From positions 42,149-106,148 of the forward strand of contig DATDIQ010000025.1 of NCBI GenBank assembly GCA_036520995.1: 64,000 nucleotides of DNA. Direction: 5' to 3'. The stretch's first letter is position 1; each line of letters starts with the position of its first letter. The stretch comes from Terracidiphilus sp. GTDB lineage: Bacteria > Acidobacteriota > Terriglobia > Terriglobales > Acidobacteriaceae. The position numbers and the translations under genes were made by a program. Below are positions 62,133-64,000 of the stretch, one piece after another. Below the pieces are notes generated by a model that was not told the DNA's origin, did no database searches, and saw nothing but the letters and a program-made list of their open reading frames with translations.

Positions 62133-62447
62133 CTACGCGTGAACCGGAACGCGGAGAGCGGCCTTGATCTGCTTCTGGAGCAAGTCGGTCGGTTCTTCCT
62201 CGACGGCAGGCGCGCTGGGCAGAAAATCGTTGGTTTTAATCTCGAAGACGGCCTTGGACGAAACGCTAGGGGAAGCGCTCTCGTACGAGGCGTCGTTGCC
62301 CACAAGAACCTTCAGAGCGTCGGCGGCTACCTGGATCTGCTCCTGGCGTGCCCGGAGCTGGCTGAGGCGCTCATAAATCTGACCCAGTTCGGTCTGCGCG
62401 GAATCATAGGCTGCGCGATAGGCGGGTTCACGTTTATCGGTTGTCAT
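62133..62447 (-). CDS. hypothetical coiled-coil protein
   Basis: 104 aa. ATG at 62447 checked, with a GGAGG Shine-Dalgarno. No recognisable family. Confidence 0.45.
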   Translation of the reverse strand: MTTDKREPAYRAAYDSAQTELGQIYERLSQLRARQEQIQVAADALKVLVGNDASYESASPSVSSKAVFEIKTNDFLPSAPAVEEEPTDLLQKQIKAALRVPVHA

Positions 62448-62621
62448 TGACTAACCTCCACGCATCGAAGAATAGCTGGGCGTTACCGTGGGGTGCATCA
62501 CCCGAAGTATGTAAATCGAGGGACTTTAGGGGCATGAGAGAGGTACCTGGAAGAGTGGGGGAGCGCAAAGCGAAAGGGGAGGAAAACCACAGAAAACAGG
62601 CCGGTTTTGGCGCTGCGCGGC

Positions 62622-62650
62622 TTGGCGATGGGGGCCGAAATGGGTATACT
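62622..62650 (+). promoter_or_regulatory. sigma70-type promoter upstream of rpmB
   Basis: TTGGCG-N17-TATACT. It would give a 5' UTR of about 135 nt. Confidence 0.4.
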
Positions 62651-62789
62651 GAGACTTCGGCCAGCCTGAGGCGGCGCCGTGCTTTGGTTGCCTCCGAGGT
62701 TTTTCGCTGCGAAGTGTACGGGGCTTGCAGAAGATGCCCCGGAACGGCAGAGGTGGCGCGAAACACCAAAAGAATCTGGAGTTTGCATC

Positions 62790-62978
62790 ATGGCACAGAT
62801 ATGCGATATTTGCGGCAAAGGGCCGCAGTTTGGGAATAATATTTCGCACGCGCACAACGTGTCGCGACGCCGCTGGAACGTGAACCTGCAGGCGGTGAAG
62901 GCACTGGTCAACGGCGCGCCGAAGCGGATTCGCGTATGCACCAGCTGCATCAAGAGCGGAAAGATCGCCAAAGCATAG
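62790..62978 (+). CDS. rpmB: 50S ribosomal protein L28
   Basis: 62 aa, MAQICDICGKGPQFGNNISHAHNVSRRRWNVNLQ... ATG at 62790 checked, with CTGGAG upstream. Confidence 0.93.
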   Translation: MAQICDICGKGPQFGNNISHAHNVSRRRWNVNLQAVKALVNGAPKRIRVCTSCIKSGKIAKA

Positions 62979-63059
62979 GCTTTCTTCACCTGCTGCTCCG
63001 ATTCCGGTCCGCTGAGCAATTGCACGAGGCGGCCCCCCTACAGATGAGCTTGGACGATG

Positions 63060-63087
63060 AACCCCGTTCCCCAGTGGACGGGGTTTT
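63060..63087 (+). terminator. rho-independent terminator downstream of rpmB
   Basis: 8-bp stem AACCCCGT / ACGGGGTT running into TTTTGTTGT. Confidence 0.6.
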
Positions 63088-63170
63088 GTTGTGCGCATTC
63101 CATCACGGATGGCGAACGTGCGGGGTCGCTGGCAGAGGGATTGGATGTTGGGGACGGCTGATCGCAGGGC

Positions 63171-64000
63171 TCATGGCTTCGCGGATTGGAGCGGAATGTC
63201 CCAATCAATGGCTTGCGCGTCGAGTCCCGCAGGTGACCACGCATGCACAATCGCCTGACCTAGCTTGGCCAGCGTGATCTGGCCTTCGTTGTCGCCGTTC
63301 CATCGCTGATCGGCGTTGTCGAAGGTGAAACCGGCGATGACAATGGGACCATTTTTGCTGGCGATCAACGCGACATCGTTGCGTACTTGATCGAGCGCGC
63401 CGGTTTTGTTAGCGATTGCAGATCCGTGCTCGCTGGTGTCGAGATTTTCGATGTAGCGCGGCAGACCATCGCGGTCCTGCTGATGACGCAGCATCTCAAG
63501 AATCGCGCCACACACCACCTTCGACCCCTGCGGTGGGGCCAACTGCGCCTTCGGCGCCACCTGCGACAAATCCGAATCCGCCTTCCCATCGAGGTCGAGG
63601 TTGCAGGTGGCGAAGCGCTCCATGATGGAAGCCATTTCGCGTGGGGTGGTTTTGCCCAGGCCGAATTGCGGCTGGTCGGCCGGCATGGGACCGGTGGCGG
63701 GTACATAGACCTTTTTGTAGAGCCAGGTGTTCTTGAGCCCGGCTGCGCGCAGGGTGTTGTCGATGTGCTCGAGGCCGAGGCGATCGATGGCCATGTTGGT
63801 CGCGGTGTTGTCGCTGACAACGACCATCAGCGTGAGCACATCGCCTAGGGTGAGTGCGATGGGTGGCGTGAGTTCGCCAAGAACGCCGGAGCCTTCAACC
63901 TGATTTTCCTTGGTGAGAACGAGACGCTCGGCTAGAGAGGCGTGGCCGGCTCGGGTCTGCTCGGCTGCATCGAGCAGGATGCCCATTTTGATGGTGGAAG
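63171..64000 (-). CDS. class A beta-lactamase-like serine hydrolase (5' end outside the window)
   Basis: SDN (VVVSDNTAT) and KTG (ANKTGAL) motifs. The frame stays open to the window edge, where it reads S-T-I-K (an SxxK motif) at 63987-63998. Confidence 0.7.
   Translation of the reverse strand, partial: STIKMGILLDAAEQTRAGHASLAERLVLTKENQVEGSGVLGELTPPIALTLGDVLTLMVVVSDNTATNMAIDRLGLEHIDNTLRAAGLKNTWLYKKVYVPATGPMPADQPQFGLGKTTPREMASIMERFATCNLDLDGKADSDLSQVAPKAQLAPPQGSKVVCGAILEMLRHQQDRDGLPRYIENLDTSEHGSAIANKTGALDQVRNDVALIASKNGPIVIAGFTFDNADQRWNGDNEGQITLAKLGQAIVHAWSPAGLDAQAIDWDIPLQSAKP

Overview
High-GC (about 60%) chromosomal window from a diderm bacterium. The gene content suggests Acidobacteriota, but that is inference only.

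Positions 94-41186 form one large flagellar and motility region. It lies almost entirely on the minus strand and is tightly translationally coupled through many ATGA/TGATG start-stop overlaps. The blocks are:
- flgM-flgN-flgK-flgL
- flgF-G-A-H-I plus a rod-binding flgJ
- fliN-fliOPQR-flhBA-fliA-fliM-fliY plus two signalling genes (a Zn-ribbon/T2SSE_N protein and an HDOD protein)
- fliK-flgD-flgE
- flgBC-fliEFGHIJ, preceded by a regulatory block: OmpR-type RR, sensor-less kinase-like protein, HTH-less sigma54 activator, PAS kinase, NtrC-type RR
- a PilZ gene, motAB, a PAS-GGDEF(degenerate)-EAL gene and a second stator pair

The rest of the window holds:
- a cupin
- a CRTAC1(FG-GAP/ASPIC) / pentahaem-TPR / small secreted protein operon
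- a protocatechuate beta-ketoadipate cluster (pobA, pcaC, B, G, H, F, J, I, pcaR) with no pcaD
- a Cpx-like two-component system with a small secreted protein
- an M13 peptidase, an APC permease, rpmB and a partial class-A beta-lactamase-like gene

I saw no rRNA, tRNA, CRISPR array or mobile element.

The most notable non-genic signals are:
- an array of four parS-type palindromes in a 720-bp gap between fliJ and fliK
- a coherent set of sigma28-like (GCCGATAG/A) and sigma54-like (GGCA-N8-TGCT) promoter elements
- a 16-bp palindrome shared by two promoters around the Cpx-like system

The ORF track uses alternative start codons. Where I checked a start by hand, I say so.
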